From the NCBI RefSeq assembly GCF_048266405.1, contig NZ_JBLWZO010000003.1, positions 202,016 to 266,015 of the forward strand: DNA of 64,000 nucleotides, given 5' to 3'. The position numbers and the translations under genes are program-made. Below are positions 39,970-49,253 of the stretch, one piece after another. This DNA comes from Celeribacter sp. GTDB taxonomy: Bacteria > Pseudomonadota > Alphaproteobacteria > Rhodobacterales > Rhodobacteraceae. Numbering within the stretch: the first letter of the stretch is position 1; each line of letters opens with the position of its first letter. Under the pieces are notes generated by a model, which worked only from the letters and a program-made list of their open reading frames with translations, was not told the DNA's origin and made no database searches.

Positions 39970-40596
39970 ATGACGTCTCAAAACGGACCTTTACGGATCG
40001 GGATCGGCGGCCCCGTCGGGGCAGGAAAAACCACCCTGACCGCCGCCCTTGCAAAGCTGTTGCACCCGCAAATCTCCATCGGGGTCATCACCAATGACAT
40101 CTACACCCAAGAGGACGCCGAGGCGCTGATGCGGATGCAAATCCTGCCGCAAGACCGCGTGATCGGCGTTGAAACGGGCGGCTGCCCGCACACCGCGATC
40201 CGCGAAGATGCCTCGATCAACCTGTCGGCCATCGCCCAGATGCGCACCCGTCACCCCGAGGTCGAGATTGTCCTGATCGAGAGCGGCGGCGACAACCTGT
40301 CGGCGACCTTTAGTCCCGAACTGGCCGATGTCACCGTCTACGTGATTGACGTGGCCGCAGGCGAGGAAATCCCGCGCAAAGGCGGGCCTGCAATCACCAA
40401 GTCGGACATTCTGGTGATCAACAAAACCGATCTGGCGCCCCACGTCGGCGCCTCGCTTGAGGTCATGGAGCGCGATGCGGCGCGGATGCGCGGCGACAAA
40501 CCGTTCGTGTTTACAAGCCTGCGCAACGGCACGGGGGCGCAAGATGTGCTCGCACTGCTGACTGGCATTGGCGGCTTCGACGCCCCTACCCGCTAG
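39970..40596 (+). CDS. ureG: Urease accessory GTPase UreG
   Basis: P-loop [24 protein letters not shown] and INKTDLAP motifs. An internal start in the 39619-40596 ORF. Confidence 0.96.
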   Translation: MTSQNGPLRIGIGGPVGAGKTTLTAALAKLLHPQISIGVITNDIYTQEDAEALMRMQILPQDRVIGVETGGCPHTAIREDASINLSAIAQMRTRHPEVEIVLIESGGDNLSATFSPELADVTVYVIDVAAGEEIPRKGGPAITKSDILVINKTDLAPHVGASLEVMERDAARMRGDKPFVFTSLRNGTGAQDVLALLTGIGGFDAPTR

Positions 40597-40608
40597 AGCA
40601 TCGCGCCG

Positions 40609-41304
40609 CTACACCATCACGTTGTCATAGAGCATTTGACGGTCCAGATCGTCGGCGCGGCGGTTGAACGACACTTCGCCGCGCTTCATCACCGTGAACT
40701 CGTCGCCAAGCTCGAAGGCAAAATCAAAGAACTGCTCGACCAGAACAATCGCCATCTCCCCCTGATCGCACAGAATGCGGATCACATCACCGATCTGCTG
40801 AATGATGTTGGGCTGAATGCCCTCGGTCGGCTCGTCGAGCAATAACACCTTGGGCCGCGTGATCAGGGCGCGGGCGATGGCAAGCTGTTGCTGCTGTCCG
40901 CCCGACAGATCACCGCCACGCCTGTCAGCCATATCGTGCAACACGGGGAACAGATCATAGATGTGGTCGGGTATGACGTGATCGGCCCGATCAAGACAGG
41001 CAAATCCCGTCTGCAAATTTTCCACCACGGTCATCAGTGGAAACACCTCGCGGCCCTGCGGCACATAGGCGATCCCCGCTTTGGCGGCGTCAAAGGCGCT
41101 CAAATGGCTGATCGTCGCTCCGTCCAGAACGATCTCGCCATCAGCATAGGGGTGACGGCCCGCAATGGCTTTGAGCAGGCTTGTTTTTCCCACACCGTTG
41201 GTGCCCATCACCGCCGTGACCTCGCCCGCCCGCGCGGTCAAAGACACCCCGTTCAGGATTTGACTCTGGCCATATTTCAGCGTGAGGTTTTGAATATCCA
41301 ACAT
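40609..41304 (-). CDS. urtE: Urea ABC transporter ATP-binding protein UrtE
   Basis: 231-aa branched-chain-type (LivF-like) ATPase. Last gene of a urtABCDE-ordered operon next to urease. Confidence 0.88.
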   Translation of the reverse strand: MLDIQNLTLKYGQSQILNGVSLTARAGEVTAVMGTNGVGKTSLLKAIAGRHPYADGEIVLDGATISHLSAFDAAKAGIAYVPQGREVFPLMTVVENLQTGFACLDRADHVIPDHIYDLFPVLHDMADRRGGDLSGGQQQQLAIARALITRPKVLLLDEPTEGIQPNIIQQIGDVIRILCDQGEMAIVLVEQFFDFAFELGDEFTVMKRGEVSFNRRADDLDRQMLYDNVMV

Positions 41305-41307
41305 AAC

Positions 41308-42048
41308 TTAGCGCCCCAGATAGACGTCAACAACGTCTTGGTTTTTTGTGACATGATCCAATGAGCCCTCGGCCAAAACCGACCCTTGGTGCAGCACTGT
41401 GACCTTGCAGTTCAGGCGGCGTACGAAATCCATGTCATGCTCGACGACCACCACGGCGCGGGTTTTGGCGGCACGCACCAACAGCTCCGTGGTGTGTTCG
41501 CGCTCGGTCAGCGACATGCCCGCCGCGGGTTCATCGACCAGTAACAAACGCGGGTCTTGGGCGAGCAACATGCCGATCTCCAACCACTGCTTTTGCCCGT
41601 GGCTGAGCGTGCCAGAAATTTGATCCAAGGCGTCTGTGAGGCCGATCTCGTCACTCACACCGCGCACACGGTCCTCGGTATCACTGGCCGCGCGGCCAAA
41701 CAGCAGATCAAACGGACGGCGCGGATTTTTAAGCGCCATTGCGATGTTTTCACGCACGGTTTGCGCCTCAAAGACTGTGGGTTTTTGGAATTTGCGACCA
41801 ATCCCCGCCTGCGCAATCTGGCTTTCATTCATATCAAGCAAGGAAACGGATTTCTCGCCCCAGATAACGTAGCCCTCATCGGGTTTAGTCTTGCCCGTAA
41901 CAATATCCATAAAGGTGGTTTTGCCCGCGCCGTTGGGTCCGATAATGGCCCGCAACTCCGGCTCACCGATCTGGATCGACAGGTTATTGATGGCGCGAAA
42001 TCCGTCAAAGCTGACACTGACGCCCGACACTTCCAGCAGCGTACTCAT
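41308..42048 (-). CDS. urtD: Urea ABC transporter ATP-binding protein UrtD
   Basis: 246-aa LivG-like ATPase with GPNGAGKTT and LSHGQKQWLEIG. Confidence 0.88.
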   Translation of the reverse strand: MSTLLEVSGVSVSFDGFRAINNLSIQIGEPELRAIIGPNGAGKTTFMDIVTGKTKPDEGYVIWGEKSVSLLDMNESQIAQAGIGRKFQKPTVFEAQTVRENIAMALKNPRRPFDLLFGRAASDTEDRVRGVSDEIGLTDALDQISGTLSHGQKQWLEIGMLLAQDPRLLLVDEPAAGMSLTEREHTTELLVRAAKTRAVVVVEHDMDFVRRLNCKVTVLHQGSVLAEGSLDHVTKNQDVVDVYLGR

Positions 42049-43226
42049 GCGCGGTCTCCTTTGCGGTTTGAGATCAGATCGAACAGCCCGCCGATGCCTT
42101 TAGGGAAGAACAGCGTAACACAGACAAAGCTCAACCCCAGTAAGACCAACCACCAGTCGGTCCATTTTACGACATAGACGCCGAGGTTGATATCGGGGGC
42201 GCTGCCACCCGTGAACCATGAGGACATAAGCGAGACCACAGCCGCGCCGATCACCGCGCCGTAGAGCCGTCCACGCCCGCCAATGGCCACCCAGACCGCC
42301 AGATAGATCGAAGCAATAGGTGCGATCTCGGCGGGGTTGATGATGCCTGCCTGCGGGTAGTAGAGCGCCCCCGCGACACCTGCGATCATTGCTGTGACAG
42401 TGAAGATGAAGAGTTTATAACTTTCAACGTGATAGCCCATGAACCTCACCCGCGCCTCATTGTCGCGAATGGCGCGAATGACCGAACCGAATTTGCCCGA
42501 AACCATCCATGCGAACAGGACATATCCCGCGCCAAGTGCGCCCGCAGAGGCCCAGAAGAACCAAAGCGAGACTGTCGCCTGCGAGACGGCCTCAAGACCG
42601 GGGATGTTTTGCAGACCCGACAGGCCGTTGTTGCCGCGCAGACCCGTATCGTTTTGAAAGAAATAGAGCGACAGCGCCAAGGTCATGGCTTGGGTCAGGA
42701 TCGACAGATAGACCCCTGCCACGCGGCTACGAAAGGCAAGCCAGCCAAAGACCAAGGCCAACACCCCCGGCACCAAAACAACGGCCATGAGTTGCAATGT
42801 CAGTGAGTGCGAGAACGCCCAGATCAACGGGAAATCGGCACTGCCGACCACACCGAAAATCTGTGACCCGATCGCATGAGTGATCTCGTCGGGCGTTGCG
42901 GGCAGCACGTTGTTGTCGAACGAAGAGATCACGATGTCCTTGGTGCGGGCATACATCAACCACATGCCAATTGCGTAGCCGCCGATCCCGAAAAACGCGA
43001 AATGGCCAAGGCTCAGGATGCCGCAATATCCCCAGACCACATCCATCGCCACGGCGACGAGGCACAGGCAAAGCGTCTTGCCCAGCGTTTTGAGAAAGGA
43101 GGTGGAAATCAGATCGAGCCCTGCGGCTTCGCTCAGGATCGTGACACCGATGGTAAACACCGACAGGGCCAAGAGGAACCACAAGACGGAGGGGTTTTGC
43201 GCGATAAAGGACCGTTTCATGGTCAT
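42045..43226 (-). CDS. urtC: Urea ABC transporter permease UrtC
   Basis: LivM-like permease. Start trimmed to Met40, whose ATG overlaps the urtB TGA (ATGA). Confidence 0.88.
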   Translation of the reverse strand: MTMKRSFIAQNPSVLWFLLALSVFTIGVTILSEAAGLDLISTSFLKTLGKTLCLCLVAVAMDVVWGYCGILSLGHFAFFGIGGYAIGMWLMYARTKDIVISSFDNNVLPATPDEITHAIGSQIFGVVGSADFPLIWAFSHSLTLQLMAVVLVPGVLALVFGWLAFRSRVAGVYLSILTQAMTLALSLYFFQNDTGLRGNNGLSGLQNIPGLEAVSQATVSLWFFWASAGALGAGYVLFAWMVSGKFGSVIRAIRDNEARVRFMGYHVESYKLFIFTVTAMIAGVAGALYYPQAGIINPAEIAPIASIYLAVWVAIGGRGRLYGAVIGAAVVSLMSSWFTGGSAPDINLGVYVVKWTDWWLVLLGLSFVCVTLFFPKGIGGLFDLISNRKGDRA

Positions 43227-45148
43227 TCTCCTGCTGCGCGACCTTTGAGGGCGACGATGCCCTTGGGTCGGAATTGAATGAACAAGATGACGAACAGGAT
43301 CATGTAGGTTTGCGCGGCCAAGGTATTGGACGGGTTCAGCCATTCGATGCCCTTTTGGCCAAAGCCGATCATCGCCGCCCCTGCCAAAGTGCCCCAGACA
43401 TTGCCCACGCCGCCAACGACCACGGTCATAAAGCTCTGCACGATATAGTCGGACCCCATTTCCGATGTGACCTTGGCATAGAGCCCGATGGCCACGCCTG
43501 CGATCCCTGCGATGCCTGAGCCCAAGCCAAAGGTCATCATATTGATGCGGTCGGGGTTGATCCCCATTGAGGAGGCCATGCCTGGGTTTTGCGTGACAGC
43601 GCGGACCTCAAGGCCAAGTCGGGTGCGCTTCAGGATAAAGAGGATCAGCCCCAAGAACATCAGCGCCATGACAAAGATGGCGATACGGATGTAGCTGATC
43701 TGGATCACATCATTGAGCACCCATGCCCCTGCCAACCAATCGGGAGAGGTCAGCGGACGGGCCTGTGTGCCAAAGATGTTCTTGGCCACCTGTTGCAGCG
43801 CAATCGAAATCCCGAAGGTCGCCAAAAGCGTCTCAAGTGGGCGATGGTAAAGCCGACGGATCACCAAGCGCTCCATCACCACCCCCGCGCCGAAAGTCAC
43901 AGCAAAGGCCAAGGGCAGTGCGACAAAGATCGACACGGTGTAATTGGGGATGATCTGTTGCACAACATACCCCGTGTAGGCGCCCATCATGATAAACTCG
44001 CCATGGGCCATGTTGATCACGCCCATAACGCCGAAGGTGATGGCAAGCCCGATGGCCGCAAGGAAAAAGATCGACGCCAGAGACAAGGCATCAAGCGTCA
44101 AATCCGCCACCTGTGCTGTCGCCACGCGAATATCGACATCCGCCTGCGCCGCCAATGCTGCATTGGTTATGCCGACATTCGCTTCATCGTATACCTCATA
44201 GAAAACATGTGTTTTTAGAACCGCGTCACGCACCTCTTCTGTGATCAACACAGGCACGAGACCTTCGCTTGCCAAGACGGTATAGGCGGCCTCGCGGGTG
44301 GCGGGATCATCCATCTGCGCCAAGGGGAAGCCGCCAATGCGGCCCTCTTTGATATTGGCCTCAAGTGCGGCTTTTATATCAGCTGGCGTTTGTCGTGGCG
44401 CGGCCAGACCCGCGTCGACAAGGGCCTCGTATGATTGCTCGGGCGCGACCAGCGGATCAAGGATCGCCGCGACATTGCCCTCGGGCATACTTGTCGCCAC
44501 GCCCGTGGACTTGCTCAAAATCTGGTTCAGCACCGCACGGGCCTCAACCGAGGTATCCGACGACAGGCTGTTGATTGCGGCAATCCGGTCGGCAGGATCG
44601 GCGGCGAAGCGTGCGGAGAGGAAGTTGGCGAGTTGGACCTTGCGGGCTTTGAGAGCGGGATCAACTTCCCCGTCGATAGAGGCCAGAAGCGGCGCGAGTT
44701 GTGCGGCCTCGGGACGCCGTGCGATGGAGGCCACGGCGGTTTCGCGGCGGCTCAAATCGGGGTCCAACAACTGGAATTGTACCAAGGCGGTGCCGATCAA
44801 CCGACGCACCCCGCCATTGGGTTTCAACTGTGTCACATCGCCCTTTGGCACGGTGATCTCTGCGCCCGTATCAATGTCGCGCAACACCACGCTATCGCCG
44901 CTCAAAGACCCGATAAAGAAACTGCCATCGGCATTTTGCCAGATATTCTTATCTGACCATTGCTCAAGGAAATCCGTGGCTTGCGGCAGACCTGAGGCCG
45001 CAATGTCATCCAGAGTTTCGCCAATAGAGGTGCGTGATGGCTTTGCGATTTCGGCGGCATGATCTTGCAAGATCGGCTGGAGCGTTTGGGCATAGGCGCC
45101 AGACAGGCTGCACACCAAGAGGATCACAGTCAGAACAATGTTACGCAT
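43223..45148 (-). CDS. urtB: Urea ABC transporter permease UrtB with a long N-terminal periplasmic extension
   Basis: The C-terminal 290 aa or so form a LivH-like permease. The N-terminal 345 aa or so carry a signal peptide (MRNIVLTVILLVCSLSGAYAQ) and a soluble region rich in Ala, Leu and Asp. Confidence 0.88.
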   Translation of the reverse strand: MRNIVLTVILLVCSLSGAYAQTLQPILQDHAAEIAKPSRTSIGETLDDIAASGLPQATDFLEQWSDKNIWQNADGSFFIGSLSGDSVVLRDIDTGAEITVPKGDVTQLKPNGGVRRLIGTALVQFQLLDPDLSRRETAVASIARRPEAAQLAPLLASIDGEVDPALKARKVQLANFLSARFAADPADRIAAINSLSSDTSVEARAVLNQILSKSTGVATSMPEGNVAAILDPLVAPEQSYEALVDAGLAAPRQTPADIKAALEANIKEGRIGGFPLAQMDDPATREAAYTVLASEGLVPVLITEEVRDAVLKTHVFYEVYDEANVGITNAALAAQADVDIRVATAQVADLTLDALSLASIFFLAAIGLAITFGVMGVINMAHGEFIMMGAYTGYVVQQIIPNYTVSIFVALPLAFAVTFGAGVVMERLVIRRLYHRPLETLLATFGISIALQQVAKNIFGTQARPLTSPDWLAGAWVLNDVIQISYIRIAIFVMALMFLGLILFILKRTRLGLEVRAVTQNPGMASSMGINPDRINMMTFGLGSGIAGIAGVAIGLYAKVTSEMGSDYIVQSFMTVVVGGVGNVWGTLAGAAMIGFGQKGIEWLNPSNTLAAQTYMILFVILFIQFRPKGIVALKGRAAGE

Positions 45149-45212
45149 GATGGGCTTTCAATTTGGAGAATGACAGGCGCAGGCAAGGATAGCCCCTGCG
45201 CCTGTCAGGCGT

Positions 45213-46502
45213 TTAGTAGTTTGACGTCAACTGAACGCAGGTCTCGGTCTCGGTGTTATACATCCCGCAACCAAGGTCTTTCCAATCCGACTTCAGGACC
45301 GCAGAGGCTGGCAGGAAGTCAGTCCATGCATCGCCAGGAACTTCAGTGGTCTGGCTGATGATGTCGAACTGGCCATCTGCGGTGATTTCACCGATGAGAA
45401 CAGGCTTGGCCAAATGGTGGTTCGGCAACATCACGGCAGTGCCGCCCGTCAGGTTCGGGAACTCTTGGCCGTACATCGCGGTGCGCACAGCATCGACGTC
45501 AGTGGTCCCTGCGGCTTCAGCCGCGTTTACCCACATGTTGAAGCCGATATAATGGGCCTCCATCGGGTCGTTGGTCACGCGCTCTTCACCCGCATAGGCT
45601 TTCCATGCTTTGATGAATTCCGCATTGGCGGGGGTGTCTGCCGACTGAAAATAGTTCCACGCGGCCAAGTGACCGACGAGGTTGGATGTGTCCAGACCGG
45701 ACAGTTCTTCCTCACCCACAGAGAAGGCAACAACGGGGATATCATCAGCGGAGATCCCTGCCGCAGCAAGCTCTTTGTAGAAACCGATATTGGCGTCACC
45801 GTTGATGGTGGAGATCACACCGACCTGCTTGCCATCTTCGCCCAAGGCAACGACATCCCCCACGATGGTGGCCCAGTCGGAATGACCGAAGGGGGTGTAG
45901 TTCACAAAGATATCTTCTTCGGCAATGCCTTTGCTCTTGAGATAGCTTTCAAGGATGTTGTTCGTGGTGCGCGGATAGACATAGTCCGTTCCGAGCAGCG
46001 CGAATTTCTCGACGCCCAGTTCGTCAAGGAAATAGTCGGTTGCAGGGATGGCCTGTTGGTTCGGCGCGGCACCTGTGTAGAAGACGTTCTTGGAGCTTTC
46101 TTCGCCCTCGTATTGCACGGGGTAGAACAGCAAGCCGTTCAGCTCTTCGATCACGGGAAGAACGGATTTACGCGACACGGAGGTCCAGTTGCCAAAGATG
46201 ACATCAACCTCATGCACGGTCAGCAATTCACGGGCTTTTTCCGCGAACAGCGGCCAATCGGATGCGGGATCAACGACGACGGCTTCCAACTCACAGCCCA
46301 GAACGCCGCCCTTGGCGTTTTGTTGGTCGATCAGCATCAACATCGTGTCTTTGAGTGTGGTCTCGGAAATTGCCATTGTGCCAGACAGCGAATGAAGCAC
46401 ACCGATTTTGATGGGTTCGGCGCAATCGGCAAAGGCGGCGGAGCCTGCTACGGACAGTACGCTCACGCTCAGTGTGGACAGCAAAGTGGTACGAATAGTC
46501 AA
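45213..46502 (-). CDS. urtA: Urea ABC transporter substrate-binding protein UrtA
   Basis: Type-I periplasmic binding protein with IKIGVLHSLSGTMAISE. A TTG start at 46502 gives a clean 25-aa signal peptide and an AGGGGG RBS. The longest ORF would extend to 46562. Confidence 0.88.
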   Translation of the reverse strand: MTIRTTLLSTLSVSVLSVAGSAAFADCAEPIKIGVLHSLSGTMAISETTLKDTMLMLIDQQNAKGGVLGCELEAVVVDPASDWPLFAEKARELLTVHEVDVIFGNWTSVSRKSVLPVIEELNGLLFYPVQYEGEESSKNVFYTGAAPNQQAIPATDYFLDELGVEKFALLGTDYVYPRTTNNILESYLKSKGIAEEDIFVNYTPFGHSDWATIVGDVVALGEDGKQVGVISTINGDANIGFYKELAAAGISADDIPVVAFSVGEEELSGLDTSNLVGHLAAWNYFQSADTPANAEFIKAWKAYAGEERVTNDPMEAHYIGFNMWVNAAEAAGTTDVDAVRTAMYGQEFPNLTGGTAVMLPNHHLAKPVLIGEITADGQFDIISQTTEVPGDAWTDFLPASAVLKSDWKDLGCGMYNTETETCVQLTSNY

Positions 46503-46900
46503 AGGAAAGCCCCCTAAAGTTCGCTGCGCCCCCGACTGCATCACTGGGCAAGGCCCGATCACAATGCTATCAAAAATACGCAGCTCTATGTTGCGGCCAT
46601 GCGAGGGTCGTTATCTGCCAGGATTGCACCCTCGCGTGGCATTGAAGTGCCCGTATCGGGCCATCAGAGCCTTGAACAACGGCGGCCACAGGGGAAGCGA
46701 TCACAGGGATTGCAGCATGAAGATTGGGCGCACTGCCTAATTTTTCGCCACCCTGACGTTCAACGCTCAAAAAACATGCGACAGGCTGACGCAGGGGAAG
46801 CGAATGCGGACGGGGGCAACGCAAATCCGCCCGCCTGCACGCGCAAAATTTGCCCATATCTGCGTCCCCGCGCCCTGCTCTTTTGAGGCATTCAAGGACG

Positions 46901-46946
46901 GTCGGATAGCTGTCGGGCATCCGTCGGACTTTTGTCGGACCTTTTT
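46901..46946 (+). repeat. Four direct GTCGGR repeats spaced exactly 11 bp apart
   Basis: 11-mers GTCGGATAGCT, GTCGGGCATCC, GTCGGACTTTT and GTCGGACCTTT start at 46901, 46912, 46923 and 46934. They lie in the 580-bp urtA-hmuR intergenic region. Confidence 0.55.
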
Positions 46947-47141
46947 CGCCCCCACTCAACCGCGTCCCCCACGCAAAACCGCGCCTTCCTGCCCTCTCCA
47001 ACCGCAAAGTCAGGAACATCTCTCAACGTGACTCTTAATACTTTACAAAAATACTAAGGCAAGTTATCAGCACGACCGAATGAGCAAGCACCCCCCACGG
47101 TAGCCAGCTAGAGACACGCACTGACGACCTTTGGGGACACC

Positions 47142-49181
47142 ATGAAAACACGCGCTCACCTTTTGGCGGGAGCGGCGATTTGCGCCGTATTGCCCGCCCA
47201 CCTTTCCGCACAAGACCTGCTTTTGGGAACCATCGAACTTGGCGAGAGCCAACGCAGCCTGCAAACGGACACTGCCAAATCCACCACGGTCATTGACCAA
47301 GACGAGCTGGATGCCCGTCAGGCCTCCTCGATGACCGAACTGCTCGACAGTATTCCAAACGTCGCCTTGGTAAATGGCGGCTCGCCCCAAGGGGCGGCGA
47401 TCTCGATCCGCGGGCTTGGCACACAATCGGGCACCTACGGGACAGACGGTAAAATCGCCGTGGTGATTGATGGCGTCACAAGCGGCGCGGAGGAAATCTA
47501 CCGCAACGGGTCGATGTTTGCCCTTGAGCCCGAACTGTTCCGCAATGTGACCGTGACACGCGGCCCTGCGGAGAGCTTCCGCTATACCTCCGGCGCGATC
47601 GGCGGCACCGTCGAGGCCCAGACCAAAGAGGCCGCTGACTTCCTTGAGGATGGCGATACCTTCGCGCTGCGCCAGAAACTCGGCTATGAAAGCAATGGCG
47701 ATGGCTACACCGCGACGACCATCCTTGCCTTTGCTCCCGACGACAAATTCGACCTTCTGGCCTTTGCGGGCTACCGCACTGTGGGCGACAGGAAAGATGG
47801 CGACGGCACGGTTCAGGCCGCAACGGGGTTTGACCAACCCTCCGCCCTGCTCAAAGCGACCTACCGCCCGACCGAAGACAGCACATTTACCTTTGGCTAC
47901 GCCTACAACAAGATCCCCGAGTTCGACGTGCCCTATAACGCCTATCTCCCGAGCTGGAGTGATGCGCTTGTGGACCGCAACACCGAGGATCGCACGAGCT
48001 ACCTGTCCTACCGTTACAACCCCGTCGACAACGACCTCATCAACCTTGAGGCCCGCCTGACCTACAAACAGGAAAAGATGTTCATCCAACAGGTCGCCGG
48101 TGCGGGAACGAACACGATCTACAACGCCGATCACGACACCTCCACCATCGCGCTGCGGATCGAGAACGAGGCGCTCTTCTCCACTGGGATCGTTGACCAC
48201 ACCCTGACCGCAGGGATCGAGGCCAGCGAGCGCACCCGCAAGTCGTCGCAACTCGCAGGCCCCTACGCGGGTCTCAATGACGGCTCCGCACCGGGCGGCA
48301 CCGACAGAAGCATCTCGGTCTATGTCGCCGACAAGATGGAGGTGGGCGACAAGTTGACCCTGACGCCACAGTTGCGCTTCGAGCATCAGACCCTGACCTC
48401 CCAAGGCAATGACTTTGACTATGTGAGCTTCTCCACCCTGCCCGCTGTGGCCGATGGGACGAGCTTTAGCTCGAGTGCCTTCACAGGCGCGCTTTCGGCC
48501 CGTTACGCCGTCACATCCGATTTCGCAGTCTTCGGCACGCTCGCCTATAACGAAAACCTGCCGATCCTCGACGATCTGCGCGTGCCGACAGTGCGCGAAA
48601 CCTCGGAGAAAGGCCGCACCATCGAGCTTGGCTTCTCCTATGATACGCTCGATGCCTTTACCCAAGGCGACCACCTTCAGGCCAAGCTGACGGGGTTCAA
48701 GACCCACATCTGGGACGGGACCACCTATTCGGGTGTTTCGACCACCGATCTCGAAGGGGTAGAGCTTGAACTCTCCTATGTGCATCCCGCCTTCTACGCC
48801 GATTTCAACGCCGCAATGATGCGCGGTACGATCAACGGCACGGATGACGATTACAAATGGGCTCCCGCCGATAGTGTTCAACTGACCTTGGGCAAAACCT
48901 TCTGGGACGAGCAATTCGACCTGTCGGTTGAGGCCAAGCATGCATGGGCGCAAACCCGTACGCCTGACACCAATGCCGCCTACTACCCCGGCACGGTGCC
49001 ATCAGACGCCTACACCACCCTCGCGCTGTCCGCCGCCTACAAACCCAACAGCGGTTGGGCCGAAGGTGTGGAATTCCGCGCGACGATCGAGAACCTCACC
49101 GACGAGACCTATCGCCCCTATCTCAGCACGCGCAACGCATCGGGCCGCAACCTCAAACTCACAATCGCGAAAACGTTCTGA
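47142..49181 (+). CDS. hmuR: TonB-dependent outer-membrane receptor, probable heme/hemoglobin receptor
   Basis: 679 aa with a signal peptide, plug domain (SIRGLG ...), beta-barrel and terminal Phe. It is followed directly by hmuSTUV. Confidence 0.88.
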   Translation: MKTRAHLLAGAAICAVLPAHLSAQDLLLGTIELGESQRSLQTDTAKSTTVIDQDELDARQASSMTELLDSIPNVALVNGGSPQGAAISIRGLGTQSGTYGTDGKIAVVIDGVTSGAEEIYRNGSMFALEPELFRNVTVTRGPAESFRYTSGAIGGTVEAQTKEAADFLEDGDTFALRQKLGYESNGDGYTATTILAFAPDDKFDLLAFAGYRTVGDRKDGDGTVQAATGFDQPSALLKATYRPTEDSTFTFGYAYNKIPEFDVPYNAYLPSWSDALVDRNTEDRTSYLSYRYNPVDNDLINLEARLTYKQEKMFIQQVAGAGTNTIYNADHDTSTIALRIENEALFSTGIVDHTLTAGIEASERTRKSSQLAGPYAGLNDGSAPGGTDRSISVYVADKMEVGDKLTLTPQLRFEHQTLTSQGNDFDYVSFSTLPAVADGTSFSSSAFTGALSARYAVTSDFAVFGTLAYNENLPILDDLRVPTVRETSEKGRTIELGFSYDTLDAFTQGDHLQAKLTGFKTHIWDGTTYSGVSTTDLEGVELELSYVHPAFYADFNAAMMRGTINGTDDDYKWAPADSVQLTLGKTFWDEQFDLSVEAKHAWAQTRTPDTNAAYYPGTVPSDAYTTLALSAAYKPNSGWAEGVEFRATIENLTDETYRPYLSTRNASGRNLKLTIAKTF

Positions 49182-49253
49182 ACGCAATCGCGTTTGCGGC
49201 GCAGGAGAAGCTGTCCCTTCGAGCCTGCGCCGCACCAACCCACGGAGATATTT

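Noticed and set aside
46625-46663. NtrC-like dyad TGCACC-N5-GTGGCA (46625-46641) and a sigma-54-like TGGCCCG-N4-GGGCA on the minus strand (46663-46648) upstream of urtA
   Set aside because: Both elements are imperfect. The dyad matches 4/6 in its second half, and the -12 element lacks the TT. The putative activator site also lies downstream of the putative promoter relative to urtA, which is the wrong geometry. I cannot distinguish this from chance by eye.
46570-47019. 149-aa minus-strand ORF, plus the plus-strand ORFs 46599-46886 and 46804-47031, filling the large urtA-hmuR spacer
   Set aside because: They have no RBS, are Arg/Cys/Pro-rich with an odd composition, and overlap one another in different frames. 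The region reads better as regulatory DNA containing the phased repeats.
47067-48953. 628-aa ORF on the minus strand, nearly as long as hmuR and antisense to it
   Set aside because: This is a typical shadow ORF of a high-GC gene. Its product is Gly/Arg/Val-rich with no recognisable motifs. The plus-strand frame encodes a complete TonB-dependent receptor with a signal peptide and terminal Phe.
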